DNA from: a virus
Lineage: Duplodnaviria > Caudoviricetes
Direction: 5' to 3' (one strand)
Virus record (IMG/VR): IMGVR_UViG_3300031472_000003
Span: 1 to 38,983 of that record
DNA: 38,983 nucleotides
The position numbers were made by a program, and so were the translations under genes. Below are positions 26,601-35,385 of the stretch, piece after piece. The notes under the pieces were generated by a model. The model ran no database searches. It saw only the letters and a program-made list of their open reading frames with translations, and was not told the DNA's origin. Numbering within the stretch: position 1 is the stretch's first letter; every line of letters begins with the position of its first letter.

Positions 26601-27817
26601 GACCGGCGCTGCAAGGCACCCCAACCACCGGACCAGCCAGCCCGACATCCTTATATACTCAGGCCGCGCAGGAACATAAGGTCGCGCTGGCTCAGATTCA
26701 GGCTGACGAAGACAAAGCCATTGCCGAAAAAGCGCAATCCGACAAAGACAAAGCGGATCGGGCGATAGAAGAGTCAAGCCGCGCCGCCGAGAAGCTGCGC
26801 CAGGAGGCCGAGGAAACCACGCGCTTTGAGTACGAACAGGGCATGATTAGCCTAGCGGACTACCAGAAAATTCTAAAAGCCAAGCTGGGTGCGCTGGAAG
26901 CGGCCAACCAGAAGTGGGTTAATGCCGACCACACTATCTTGAACCCCGATTGGATGAAGGCGAAAGCCGACTATGACAGCTCCCTCGGACTAAAGAAGCA
27001 AAAGCCGGGTGCAGACCCGTTCTCGTTTCTCGGGGACGGCATGAAGACGGACGTCGGCAAAGGGCTTGAGGATGCTCTGGATGGTCAGGGAAAGAAGCTG
27101 CATTCGCTGAAGGCGGAAGTCAAAAGCTGGGAAGATGCGGCAATCAAAGCCATCAAGCACGTCGCAGTCATGTGGGCGATGTCCTCCATGTTCGGCAGCA
27201 AATTCGGCGGCGGGTTTAACTTCGGCGGCTCCGGCAAGAAAGACGGGTCGGATGCAGCCGGCCTCGCGCTGGGTGCTCTCGGGAGTAATTCTTTAGGTGG
27301 CAAGTCGGCCGGCAGCGGCTTGACTGTTCCGGGTGTGCATTTTCTCGGCGGCGGAGCCGGGCATGGCCTGAGCGGAAACCTGCTTAGGGCGCTTCCTCAA
27401 ATCGGGATGCTCGGCGGCTTAGCTGGGGTTCATGGCATCAATGGACCAGTCGGCGGCAAAACGAGCGGACTGGGCGGGGCGATGGACATCGCAAGCCTTG
27501 CGGCCAGCTTCCTGCCCGGCGGAGGCCTGCTGGCAAAGTCCCTGAAGGGGGGCGGACTGCTCGGCGGGATCGGCAAGCTCTTCCACTTCGCCAGCGGCGG
27601 CATTGTGCCGGGCGTCGGCTTCCACGACTCGGTTCACGCCGTCCTGACGCCCGGCGAGCGTGTCCTGACGAAAGAGCAGCAGGGAATGGGCGGCGGACAC
27701 TCCATCGTCATCAACCATCACGGCGACAACAATAACGCCGGCGACGTGGAGCAGATGCACGAGGGCTGGTCCTGGCAGATCGCCCAGCAGCTCGCCACCG
27801 CCGTTCCCGGAAACTAA
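23699..27817 (+). CDS. Tape measure protein (TP901-like core) with a CHAP/NlpC-like domain
   Basis: 1372 aa, Ala/Gly-rich; QCGQAVSNAL...PGTVVFF...HFGM at about 25500-25850; FASGGIV...AVLTPGERVL at the C-terminus. Confidence 0.92.
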   Translation: MSDTVDLGTISASVELKLAGLQAGVGKASGLISGLAAAAEQQAARIKKSMDAAAASVSAFEGKAEKLAASTAGQRIAGSMTLAGAGVAAGFGLAIKAASDFDATINHVANNTTMKAGEIDVMRTTILRLSKESGAALDDLADGWMHVSNFGFQAAENMVILREAMKSAVSTGGKVGATADILAKSLHEFGMGASMASKAMNVMHLAAAEGNMTLEQFDAVAGPAFSAAAALGAGFTETAAAISALTRHGYDAAEAVTQVKDVFSHLIQGSKSTKEELARLSAVTGINLTQDFTAAGLKARGLYGVFLDLAMATRGHADEVYKLIPAMRGGQGAMVLASTGAADYKNVLLDMNQAVAGKLDPSTQDYNRTLGTTKNKAQRARAEFEQLKINLGEDLIPAFNDGATAATKFLDQLNAMPDAKRKSVESFVAIAGAISLVTGGLMSALKFAAELKIALAGAGWLSGAGAGGGLLGSAGLAGLAGRMGLMSGGLGYGGVSGTAGLGGNLLGGAVLAAPAIFGGYMANKIMGAQNDGYNAEQRGNGAADLSPYVDRVAALRKQEKAAPNDPKIKGELAEALAALRQMSGANSRVRQAAAGNSLTEAMAKHIGQATGVQCGQAVSNALKVNGISVAVSRLAQAAIKNNALVKLDGAGHLPPGTVVFFPGKQGTKNIGTDPTEHFGMMGGISPTGFQPVLESTTAGGHGRHYRGDRGLAQVAAGHGGQYYAFDAPANRKAADGLPGVNRMHGPAPLTDAQKEKIKDQSTLLQDEKDQLYEATHKDFDNRRYNAKRGLEKADSDPAATGDSKAIAQKTYQASLAQIAKDEAAAQKENNAKLAQLLEEKKQKQEQAWAEEYKAGTITANQYQYLLDTRLAHYAKFSDRWAEINQKLAGVKGQRQDALDAQAAGAAAGHKRGHEMGDLSLDMQDSIDAVSEDPIEYEFNKKRGGADKRYRERQEAIQAKTGLGPDEIGPALQGTPTTGPASPTSLYTQAAQEHKVALAQIQADEDKAIAEKAQSDKDKADRAIEESSRAAEKLRQEAEETTRFEYEQGMISLADYQKILKAKLGALEAANQKWVNADHTILNPDWMKAKADYDSSLGLKKQKPGADPFSFLGDGMKTDVGKGLEDALDGQGKKLHSLKAEVKSWEDAAIKAIKHVAVMWAMSSMFGSKFGGGFNFGGSGKKDGSDAAGLALGALGSNSLGGKSAGSGLTVPGVHFLGGGAGHGLSGNLLRALPQIGMLGGLAGVHGINGPVGGKTSGLGGAMDIASLAASFLPGGGLLAKSLKGGGLLGGIGKLFHFASGGIVPGVGFHDSVHAVLTPGERVLTKEQQGMGGGHSIVINHHGDNNNAGDVEQMHEGWSWQIAQQLATAVPGN

Positions 27818-27835
27818 GACCCAAGCTAAGAAACT

Positions 27836-28615
27836 ATGGCATATTTAGTACAGTTTGGGAGCTTCGTATTCCCGCCTGGCTTCGCTCCGATGACGCAGGA
27901 CTCGCCGCGCGACATCGCCGAGCAGGAGCGGCCCCGCGCGGCGGGTGCCATCGTGCAGGTTGCGCGGCATCAGTCGCGCCGGCTGAGCATCGAGGGTGCG
28001 GCGATGGGCTTTGGCGGCGGACAGACGGCCATCCAAGCCGCCGAGGACGCCATTCGAGGCGCTTGCGAAAGCTCAGGGTCTGTGCAGACCTTGTATTTCG
28101 GGCGCAGCGACCGCTACATCAACGCGCAGCATGTCGGGGTCTCGGAAAGCTACAAACAGGGGGACAGCTCCGCCTACGGGGTCAACCACCGGCTGGTCCT
28201 GTCGTTTGTCGCCGGCGATCCGTTCTTCTACGACGCCGCCGGTCCGGCGAACGCCCCTGGCCTGACCAGCGCCGGGGGCACCGTCACGCCCGGCGGCAAT
28301 GCGCCGGCGTTTGCCGCCTGGACAATCAGCGTCACGACAGGGGCGACTGGGCCGATTGTGCTGACCAACACTAGCACCGGCGAAATTGCTACCCTCGGCA
28401 CCGCATTGACAGTTTGGGGCAACGGCGACCAGGTCGTGCTGACCCGGCAAACCGGCGTCTACACCGCCCTGAAAAACGGGATCGCCGTGCCGGGCCTGCT
28501 GCTTGGCCTCATCCCGCGCCTTGCGGTGGGGGCGAACGTCGTCACCCTTGCGGCCAGTGGCGGCATCGTGCTGGGACCGCTGAAATGTACCTACACCGCC
28601 CGCTGGCAATCCTAA
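27836..28615 (+). CDS. Distal tail protein (Dit-like)
   Basis: Follows the TMP; LSFVAGDPFFY, PRLAVGANVV, YTARW. Confidence 0.75.
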   Translation: MAYLVQFGSFVFPPGFAPMTQDSPRDIAEQERPRAAGAIVQVARHQSRRLSIEGAAMGFGGGQTAIQAAEDAIRGACESSGSVQTLYFGRSDRYINAQHVGVSESYKQGDSSAYGVNHRLVLSFVAGDPFFYDAAGPANAPGLTSAGGTVTPGGNAPAFAAWTISVTTGATGPIVLTNTSTGEIATLGTALTVWGNGDQVVLTRQTGVYTALKNGIAVPGLLLGLIPRLAVGANVVTLAASGGIVLGPLKCTYTARWQS

Positions 28616-28644
28616 AGTCTACGCTTCGGACGCCGAAGCGCAGA

Positions 28645-28857
28645 TCAGAACGGCTTGCGAAGTTCAGCGTCAACTCGCTTCTGTTGCTCCTCAAAATCGC
28701 GGCGCATTTCTTCCGACTTAGTAGCCATAGCGGTATGTTCGCGTTGACGCTGCCGCCACTGCCAAGACCACCGGGCGATGAGCACACTAACGACCAGCGA
28801 AGCAAGCCCGAAAAACAGCACGACTGCGCCAAGCGCGAGTTTTATCATCTCGTTCAT
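28645..28857 (-). CDS. Small antisense membrane protein (moron)
   Basis: One TM helix plus a charged tail; preceded by TGg-TAGAAT-N6-ATG. Confidence 0.7.
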   Translation of the reverse strand: MNEMIKLALGAVVLFFGLASLVVSVLIARWSWQWRQRQREHTAMATKSEEMRRDFEEQQKRVDAELRKPF

Positions 28858-28898
28858 GCCTTTATTCTACCATCTCGTTCATGCCTTTATTCTACCAT
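28846..28898. repeat. 25-bp tandem duplication containing a promoter and start codon
   Basis: CATCTCGTTCATGCCTTTATTCTAC x2. Confidence 0.95.
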
Positions 28899-31482
28899 GA
28901 CCCTTGTACCCGAAGCCTACCTGCAGTTCCGCGACGGCCAGACCTACCAGCCGAAGCAGATTGATCCCGGCAGCGTCACCAAGATCGCCTGGACGTATCA
29001 GGAGCAAGGGGGCCTCGCGCAGATCTCAGCGACGTTCGCCGTTCTTTGGGAAGACACCGGGATCGCCCCTGGGGACTACATGGAAGCCTGGGTGGTGGGG
29101 GAGAGCGTTCCACGCGCCCGCGGCATCGTGTCCACGCCCGAGCGCAAGATGGAGATGAAGGAGACCAAGACGCTCCTGGCCTTCGGGCGCATGGCCGACA
29201 TGGACACGGTGCTGGATTACAAGGTCATCTACCACCCGTCCGGCGCGTCTCAGGACTTGTCGCTGTATGCCGGCGAGCTGCTTTCGGATTATCAGCAAAG
29301 AAAAGCGGTCGGCAGTGCAGTGGCCCCGCCCCTCGACATCGATGTGCAGCTCATCGGCGCGAACATGGAAAGCCTGACGCTGTCGCCTGGCTCCGTGCGT
29401 TCGGGAATGGATCAGCTTTATGCCCAGGCCGGCGGCGCGGTGGTGTGGGGCTGGGACATCCACCCTGTTACCGGCAATGACCGCTTCTACCTGCGCCTCC
29501 GCACGAGCGTCGTTGGCTATCAATGGTTTGTCGGCGACAAGGTGAGGCTGATCAACGCGCCTGCGGAGCTGGTGCCGGTCAAGAACGCCTTCTACCTCAA
29601 AGGCGGACCGGCCAAGTATCCGAACCTTGTCACCAACGCGAGCTTTGAGCAGCCGGTGAACCCAAGCGCCGACTCCGGCTCCGTGCTGCAAAATGGCAGT
29701 TTCGAGTTTTCTAACCCGAACCACTCAGCCAATGCCGGCGGCGAGGGCGACTGCCTCGGCTGGAACATGAACGGCAGCATTACGCGCAACCAGCACGATC
29801 CCGGCACAAACCACAATGCCTCGGCGCATACGGGCGAGTGGTATCTGCTCCTGGACAACACCGGCAAAAACGCGGCGCAGGACGTGTCGGTGCAAACCGG
29901 AAGCCCCTACATCTTGACGGCGTTCGCTCGCGCCGAAAATGCCAGCCATTTGCCGGCGGGAGCCATTACCGTCACGGGCCGGGACAGCGGCGGGAACCTC
30001 ACAGAAACGCCGGTCGGCGCGGTCCTCGCCCTGGCTCCGCAGGGCGTCGCCTGGACCGGCGGCGCGGCAAGCTCCGTCATCGGCAGTGACGCGCTGCAAA
30101 CGAGCCTGGTCTTTACCAATCCCGCGACGGTAAAAGCGCGGATCACCATTTCCTGCACCAATTCGGCGGGAGGCGGCTACGGCCTCTGCGTGGACGATGT
30201 GGCTTTTGGGGGGGCTGGCAGCGTGGGCCAGTACGGCTGGGGGACGCATTACCAAAACCCCGGCAACCCGGCGAACAACTTCAACTGGATTCTCTGGGCC
30301 TGCAAAGCGGCGGCGTGGGAAGGGGCGTATGGCGTCCGCATCTCCGTCACTGCTGACCACGGCGACCGGCCCGCGCTTGCTATCGCCGGCCAGGACAACA
30401 GCGGAGACAGCCGGTTCCACTTCAAGCCGGCCCCGCAGCAGGAGCTTCAGGTGGGCTTCTTCGCGCGGATGTCGCCGGGGCTAAATAGCGCGGACGGGTC
30501 GCTCGCGGCCGAGTACCGGGAATGGGCGGGCGACGGCCACGAGACGCAGTTCCAGAGCCAGAACCTAAACGGCCAGATCAGCAACGTGCCGAACGACGGG
30601 CAGTGGCACCTGGTCGTGCTGACTGTCCAGGCGCACGGCGACGCTTCCACGGCAACCCTTCAGTGTACGTTCGGAGCATCCGGCGTCTATGACCTAGACG
30701 GTTTCTTCGCCATTGACGCCGCGCATCCGATTGTGCAGGCGCAGGATCCGCAGACCGCGAACTACCTGCGCGGCGCGGACTTCGAGCGCTACGTCACCGC
30801 CGAAGCCGTCTGCACGAGCGGCTCGCCGGCGGACCAGGCCGCCGCCGCTTCCTATCAAACATGGGGGCGGCGCGAGGGGGAGCTGACCAACGACCAGATC
30901 ACCGACTGGACGCCGGATGCGATTTCCTACCTGCAGGCGACCTTTCAGCGCGTGGCGGTTCTGCTGCAGCGGCCGCGCGTCGAGCTGATCGGTGAGTGGG
31001 CGCTGAAGCCGCTTCCCGGCGACGGCTCCCAGGTGCAGATCAGCGGAACTCTCGCCGATCTTGCCGCGCAGTGGTGTTCCCAGGCCAGCTATGTTTTTGA
31101 GAAAGCCTGCCTGAACATTGCGATGGACCTGTCCAATATGCGCCCCACCGTGTCTAAGATGCTCAAGGCGGCGAGCGGCGGGGGCGGCAGCGCGGGAAGC
31201 AGCGTCGGCGCTCCTACGGGCGGCGGGCAGACGGGAGCCACCACAGCGGCACTCGGGCTACGCTTGCAGAAGGACAACTTCGCGGTGGGTTCCAATCCGT
31301 CAAGCACCGGCAGCGGCCCCTACACGCTGTCACAGACGCCGTCCGGAGCGCTCACGATGCTCTTTGAGGGGCCACAGCTCGCTTCGCCGACAGATTACAC
31401 TATCGCCACAACGCAGCTCACGTTCGCGGCAGGCGTAGACATGACCCAGTTCAGCACAATCACTCTTCTCTATTCCTACTGA
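28897..31482 (+). CDS. Baseplate hub / tail tip protein with carbohydrate-binding-like inserts
   Basis: Likely start MTLVPEAYL at 28897; NLVTNASFE and VLQNGSFE CBM4/9-like starts; follows Dit. Confidence 0.75.
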   Translation: MTLVPEAYLQFRDGQTYQPKQIDPGSVTKIAWTYQEQGGLAQISATFAVLWEDTGIAPGDYMEAWVVGESVPRARGIVSTPERKMEMKETKTLLAFGRMADMDTVLDYKVIYHPSGASQDLSLYAGELLSDYQQRKAVGSAVAPPLDIDVQLIGANMESLTLSPGSVRSGMDQLYAQAGGAVVWGWDIHPVTGNDRFYLRLRTSVVGYQWFVGDKVRLINAPAELVPVKNAFYLKGGPAKYPNLVTNASFEQPVNPSADSGSVLQNGSFEFSNPNHSANAGGEGDCLGWNMNGSITRNQHDPGTNHNASAHTGEWYLLLDNTGKNAAQDVSVQTGSPYILTAFARAENASHLPAGAITVTGRDSGGNLTETPVGAVLALAPQGVAWTGGAASSVIGSDALQTSLVFTNPATVKARITISCTNSAGGGYGLCVDDVAFGGAGSVGQYGWGTHYQNPGNPANNFNWILWACKAAAWEGAYGVRISVTADHGDRPALAIAGQDNSGDSRFHFKPAPQQELQVGFFARMSPGLNSADGSLAAEYREWAGDGHETQFQSQNLNGQISNVPNDGQWHLVVLTVQAHGDASTATLQCTFGASGVYDLDGFFAIDAAHPIVQAQDPQTANYLRGADFERYVTAEAVCTSGSPADQAAAASYQTWGRREGELTNDQITDWTPDAISYLQATFQRVAVLLQRPRVELIGEWALKPLPGDGSQVQISGTLADLAAQWCSQASYVFEKACLNIAMDLSNMRPTVSKMLKAASGGGGSAGSSVGAPTGGGQTGATTAALGLRLQKDNFAVGSNPSSTGSGPYTLSQTPSGALTMLFEGPQLASPTDYTIATTQLTFAAGVDMTQFSTITLLYSY

Positions 31483-31502
31483 TCTTCATTCCTACTAACG
31501 CT

Positions 31503-33017
31503 ATGAAAAACTTCCGCTCCACACCACTCGCTGCTGTTTTGACGTCGCTGGCTGTACCCGCGCTGTTTTCGAGTGCGGCTTTCGCACAGTCCCAGCTTGA
31601 CGGGCGGCGCATCGTGCCGGCGAGTTTGCCGGTCAGCAAAATCAATGCGACGGGAACAGCCAGCAGCACGACCTATCTGCGGGGGGATGGCGCATGGCAG
31701 GCACCGGCTGCGGTCAGCGATCACAAGATCATCCTCAGCAGCGGGGACACCTCGCCGGACGTCTTAGACAACAAGCTCGGCGTCAGCGGCATCCTCACGA
31801 TTGGCGACAGTGGCGGAGTGCGGATCATCGGCATGGGCGCGGCGGCGGCAGGCGTGAGCGGGTACCTGCTGGGGTCGGACTTTAACACGTTCAGCGGCAA
31901 GGAGCCGTCTTTAGGATTGCCGTCCACAAGCGGCTATGTGCTGTCTTCCACGGCGGCAGGGGTTCGGTCGTGGATTGCCCCGCAGAGCGGCCCAGCGGGG
32001 CCGGCTGGAGCCACCGGAGCGGCGGGCACGAACGGAACGAACGGCGCAGCCGCCTCCGTCAGCGTCGGCACCACCACGACGGGCGCAGCGGGAAGCGCGG
32101 CCAGCGTCACCAACAGCGGCACAAGCAACGCCGCCCTCCTGAATTTTACCATTCCCGCAGGACCGGCGGGGACCGGCGGATCGGGAGGCGGGGTCAACGT
32201 CGTCAGCACCCTGCCGGCACCGTCCAGCAGCACCGACAACAACTATTATCTGCTGAGGCTGACCAGTCAAAAAGATATTCTATACATCGGTGCTCACAAT
32301 CAAAGTGGGGGCAGCCGCCTGGCGCAGATTATCTTGGCCTACGCCCTGAACAAAACACAGCCGAGTGGCTACACCCCACCGCTGGAGCAGTGGCTGTGTA
32401 ATGATGGCAGCGGCAACAAGGTTCATGCTTCGGTAACGACGCCGACGGATGACCTGACGGCCTCTGTAACCGGAGACTTCGGCTCAGACACCAACGGCAG
32501 CTACTATGCGCCGGGAAATAACTCTTATGCCAGCGGCTCAGCGGCTTCAGCAGCTTTGACTGGCACCGGAGATTTTTCGGTTGAAGTCGTCGTTCTGACC
32601 GGGGCGAATCCAACGAACAAGTTCATCAGCTCTCAGGGCCAGAACACCGGCGCGAACACAGGGATTGTGTACGAGTTCGGCATAAGCAGCAGCAGCACGG
32701 CTCGTTTTGGGATATCCACCGCTAGCACAAACGTCAACCTGCAGATCGGAGCCATTGCGGCGAACACTCTCTATCATCTGGTCGGAACCTATGTGAGCAG
32801 TTCGCAGACCATGACACTTTACGTCAACGGCGTAAGCGCCGGGTCTATGTCGCTCGGCGGCGTTCGCACTAACCCGACCGGGACTGTCACCAATATCGGG
32901 ACCGGCGACGGACGCGGCACTTCCACGAACGAATGGGATGGCAAGATCTATGCAGTAAGCCTTTACAATCGCGCTCTGCCGGCTTCTGAGGTCAACGCTC
33001 GGTACAACAATTTGTAG
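31503..33017 (+). CDS. Fibre/adhesin with signal peptide, collagen-like repeat and C-terminal LamG (ConA-like) domain
   Basis: AAFA/QS cleavage-like site; GPAGPAGATGAAGTNGTNG; YHLVGTY...LYVNG...IG...WDGKIYAVSLYNRAL. Confidence 0.8.
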   Translation: MKNFRSTPLAAVLTSLAVPALFSSAAFAQSQLDGRRIVPASLPVSKINATGTASSTTYLRGDGAWQAPAAVSDHKIILSSGDTSPDVLDNKLGVSGILTIGDSGGVRIIGMGAAAAGVSGYLLGSDFNTFSGKEPSLGLPSTSGYVLSSTAAGVRSWIAPQSGPAGPAGATGAAGTNGTNGAAASVSVGTTTTGAAGSAASVTNSGTSNAALLNFTIPAGPAGTGGSGGGVNVVSTLPAPSSSTDNNYYLLRLTSQKDILYIGAHNQSGGSRLAQIILAYALNKTQPSGYTPPLEQWLCNDGSGNKVHASVTTPTDDLTASVTGDFGSDTNGSYYAPGNNSYASGSAASAALTGTGDFSVEVVVLTGANPTNKFISSQGQNTGANTGIVYEFGISSSSTARFGISTASTNVNLQIGAIAANTLYHLVGTYVSSSQTMTLYVNGVSAGSMSLGGVRTNPTGTVTNIGTGDGRGTSTNEWDGKIYAVSLYNRALPASEVNARYNNL

Positions 33018-33825
33018 CGCGGTGGAACAGGAACCCGCGCAACCGGCTTGGCGCGGGCGCGTGGGCGATTTCTGTGTCTTCGGCAGCGACTACGAACTCA
33101 CGCACGAGTTCGAGTCCATAGGAGGCCGCATGGCGGCACAAATTGCTCCGGTTGATACTCCACGAAAGCCAAGCACTACCATAAGCCCTCTGCGAGTAGA
33201 AGAAGTCCGCCGCGTCGTCATGTGTTGGCAGGCGCGTAATCAGCAGGTAGCAACTGGTGCAGGAGGTAAGACGCTTCATCTCCTCCGGCCAGTCGCGCGT
33301 GTACTGAAACGACCCGCTGGCGATTACAAGGTCAAAGCGCTCCGCCGCGAACGAGTCATCCGAGAAGAAGCGGGCAGACGGACTCAGACGTTGCCCCGCC
33401 TCAGCGAGAAGCGGAACGTCTTTGCAGGCGTAGTCTACTATGACGCCTGGAACCGCTGCCTCCGCAATGAACCGGTAGTAACCAATCGCGCCGCCCCAGT
33501 CGAGCATAGACAGCCGGGACCGGCCTTGTGCAGCCAGAGACACGGCATACGCATAGGTCAGCGCTAAGAGGTTGGCGTCCACCGAATCTGCCGCCAGCAT
33601 CCGGCCAAATGGCGCGGCGGCTCCCGAGACAGTCATCATTTCCGGCCAGACCGCCATGTAATGATCTAAGACCGACTGCACGTTCCAGCCGGGGAACCGG
33701 GCATCGTCCCAGCCGCCCGGTTGATAGCGTAGCGGCTCGGTAGACTGAGAATGGGTGCGGGACAGGCGGCGCGTAATGACCGGCGGCAGCCAGTCGCGCA
33801 GCACGTTTTTTAAGACATGTTTCAT
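32992..33825 (-). CDS. SAM-dependent methyltransferase (TIGR04325/LIC12133-like), moron
   Basis: MLDWGGAIGYY motif I, DLVIASGSFQY, N-terminal LRDWLPPVI. Confidence 0.75.
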   Translation of the reverse strand: MKHVLKNVLRDWLPPVITRRLSRTHSQSTEPLRYQPGGWDDARFPGWNVQSVLDHYMAVWPEMMTVSGAAAPFGRMLAADSVDANLLALTYAYAVSLAAQGRSRLSMLDWGGAIGYYRFIAEAAVPGVIVDYACKDVPLLAEAGQRLSPSARFFSDDSFAAERFDLVIASGSFQYTRDWPEEMKRLTSCTSCYLLITRLPTHDDAADFFYSQRAYGSAWLSWSINRSNLCRHAASYGLELVREFVVAAEDTEIAHAPAPSRLRGFLFHRATNCCTER

Positions 33826-33839
33826 AGAGGAAGTATAAC

Positions 33840-34202
33840 ATGAACGTCAACTCCGGTCAAACATTCACTATCGCACAGTTCGAGCTGCTTACAGATAACA
33901 TCGCCCGCTCATTCAACTGGTACGTTCAGGACAACAACATCGCGCCGAATGCAAGCGACCCGAACTCAGCGACGGCCAGCAGCCTCGCGCCGGATGGGTG
34001 GAATGTCGCCTACGACATTCCATCATCCGCCTTTACCGTGACGGTCAGCAGCAATTCAGCCTATCAGGGACGGAGTTTTCACGTGGGGTTTCGAGACGGC
34101 GCAGTCCCTAGCAACAACTACTGGATCAGCTTGGACTTCAGCGTCGCCACCGCACCCGCACTCGCGCCGCCTCGCAACCTGACCATTGTGGTCGCTTATT
34201 GA
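33840..34202 (+). CDS. Beta-rich protein ending in an FN3 A-strand
   Basis: GAGGA SD; ends APALAPPRNLT. Confidence 0.6.
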   Translation: MNVNSGQTFTIAQFELLTDNIARSFNWYVQDNNIAPNASDPNSATASSLAPDGWNVAYDIPSSAFTVTVSSNSAYQGRSFHVGFRDGAVPSNNYWISLDFSVATAPALAPPRNLTIVVAY

Positions 34203-34279
34203 CCGCAACCCCGCAGATCGCCGCCGGCATCCCGTCCATCCACCTGGCCGGCTTCTCGCAACTTTCTCAAAACAGCTCC

Positions 34280-34804
34280 ATGAAAAAGAAATGCCTCTCG
34301 CCAGCCCTGACCGGCTGGCTTTTTTCACTTTGGCACTGGCCGTCCCCGGAAACCACTGAATGGTTCTGCCTGCGGGCGGCGCTTTGGTGGGTCATCCAGC
34401 TCGCGCCCTGCCTGCACCTGTTCGCGGTCAACACGCAGTTCGACGGCCTCGCCCGCTATGGAGGCGAAGGGCGCTGGCAGATCGTCATGGCGCTGATGCT
34501 GCTCGGCCAAGTCCTCGCCGTCTGCCTCGGCCGCGTCTGGATGCGCGTTTCGTTTCTCGTCGCCTTTGCTGCCTGCTGGGGGTTCTTCGCCGGCATGTTC
34601 TGGGCCAGCTCGCCGCATCTTTACGGCCTCGCCCGGAACACCGGCGTCGGCGTCTACATCAGCCTGTCCGTGGACTGCCTATTCGTCGCCGGCCACCTGG
34701 TCTACCGCTGGCTGATCGACCACTGGACCCGGCAAGAGAAAAGCCGGGAAGAGAAGATTCGGGAAGAGAAGATTCGGGGGGGGAGCCGCCCATGCCCCTT
34801 GTAG
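34280..34804 (+). CDS. Multi-pass membrane protein (lysis region)
   Basis: About four hydrophobic segments; REEKI repeats near the C-terminus. Confidence 0.65.
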   Translation: MKKKCLSPALTGWLFSLWHWPSPETTEWFCLRAALWWVIQLAPCLHLFAVNTQFDGLARYGGEGRWQIVMALMLLGQVLAVCLGRVWMRVSFLVAFAACWGFFAGMFWASSPHLYGLARNTGVGVYISLSVDCLFVAGHLVYRWLIDHWTRQEKSREEKIREEKIRGGSRPCPL

Positions 34805-35334
34805 CCGGCCTACTCGGCGCCGCCGCCGTCGTCATCGCTGCGCTGCTTGGACTGGTGGGCGTTTTGTGGGCGGCAAGCCGCAATTACAAGATCGGAAGCC
34901 GGACGGCCGGAACGCAGGAGACGGCGGCGGAGACGGCTCGCATCACCCAGCTCGTGGCCGAGAACAAAGATGCGCGGCTGGAAGTGTCCGCCCAGTGGGA
35001 AGCCAATCAAAAGCTGCGGCAGTCCATCGAACTTGCAGACGCGCAGCATGAATCGGAATGCCAGGCGTGGGCCGCCAAAGAGAAGTCGCTCCTAGCGAAG
35101 ATCGGCGGGCTGCTGGGCGAGAACGCCAAATTGGCCGGCAAGCAGGGCCAGGAAGTCGCCGACCTGACGGCAAAGCTGGATCAGGTCAGCGCGGAAGCAG
35201 GCGTCGCGCTGCGGGCGCAGGAGAGGGCCGAAGGGGGACTTCAGCAGGCCCGGCGCACCATCTCGCAGTTTTCCCCCGACTCACAGATTTCCCCCGGCAA
35301 CCACCCCGAAGAACATCTAGATCCTCAAACTTAA
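34792..35334 (+). CDS. TM-anchored coiled-coil protein (holin- or spanin-like)
   Basis: GGGAG SD; N-terminal TM helix followed by a long coiled coil. Confidence 0.6.
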   Translation: MPLVAGLLGAAAVVIAALLGLVGVLWAASRNYKIGSRTAGTQETAAETARITQLVAENKDARLEVSAQWEANQKLRQSIELADAQHESECQAWAAKEKSLLAKIGGLLGENAKLAGKQGQEVADLTAKLDQVSAEAGVALRAQERAEGGLQQARRTISQFSPDSQISPGNHPEEHLDPQT

Positions 35335-35385
35335 CCACCTGAAACATCAACTCTTGAAACATCAACTCTCGAAAGGAATAACGAT

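Noticed and set aside
28414-28896. N-terminal extension of the 1022-aa ORF
   Set aside because: It overlaps Dit and the antisense membrane gene; ATG 28897 is the more plausible start.
28897-34202. Diversity-generating retroelement or invertible tail-fibre cassette
   Set aside because: No reverse transcriptase, TR/VR pair, or invertase with flanking inverted repeats was seen.
34360-34791. N-terminal half of the 324-aa ORF
   Set aside because: Arg/Pro-rich shadow frame over the membrane-protein gene; the SD-supported start is 34792.
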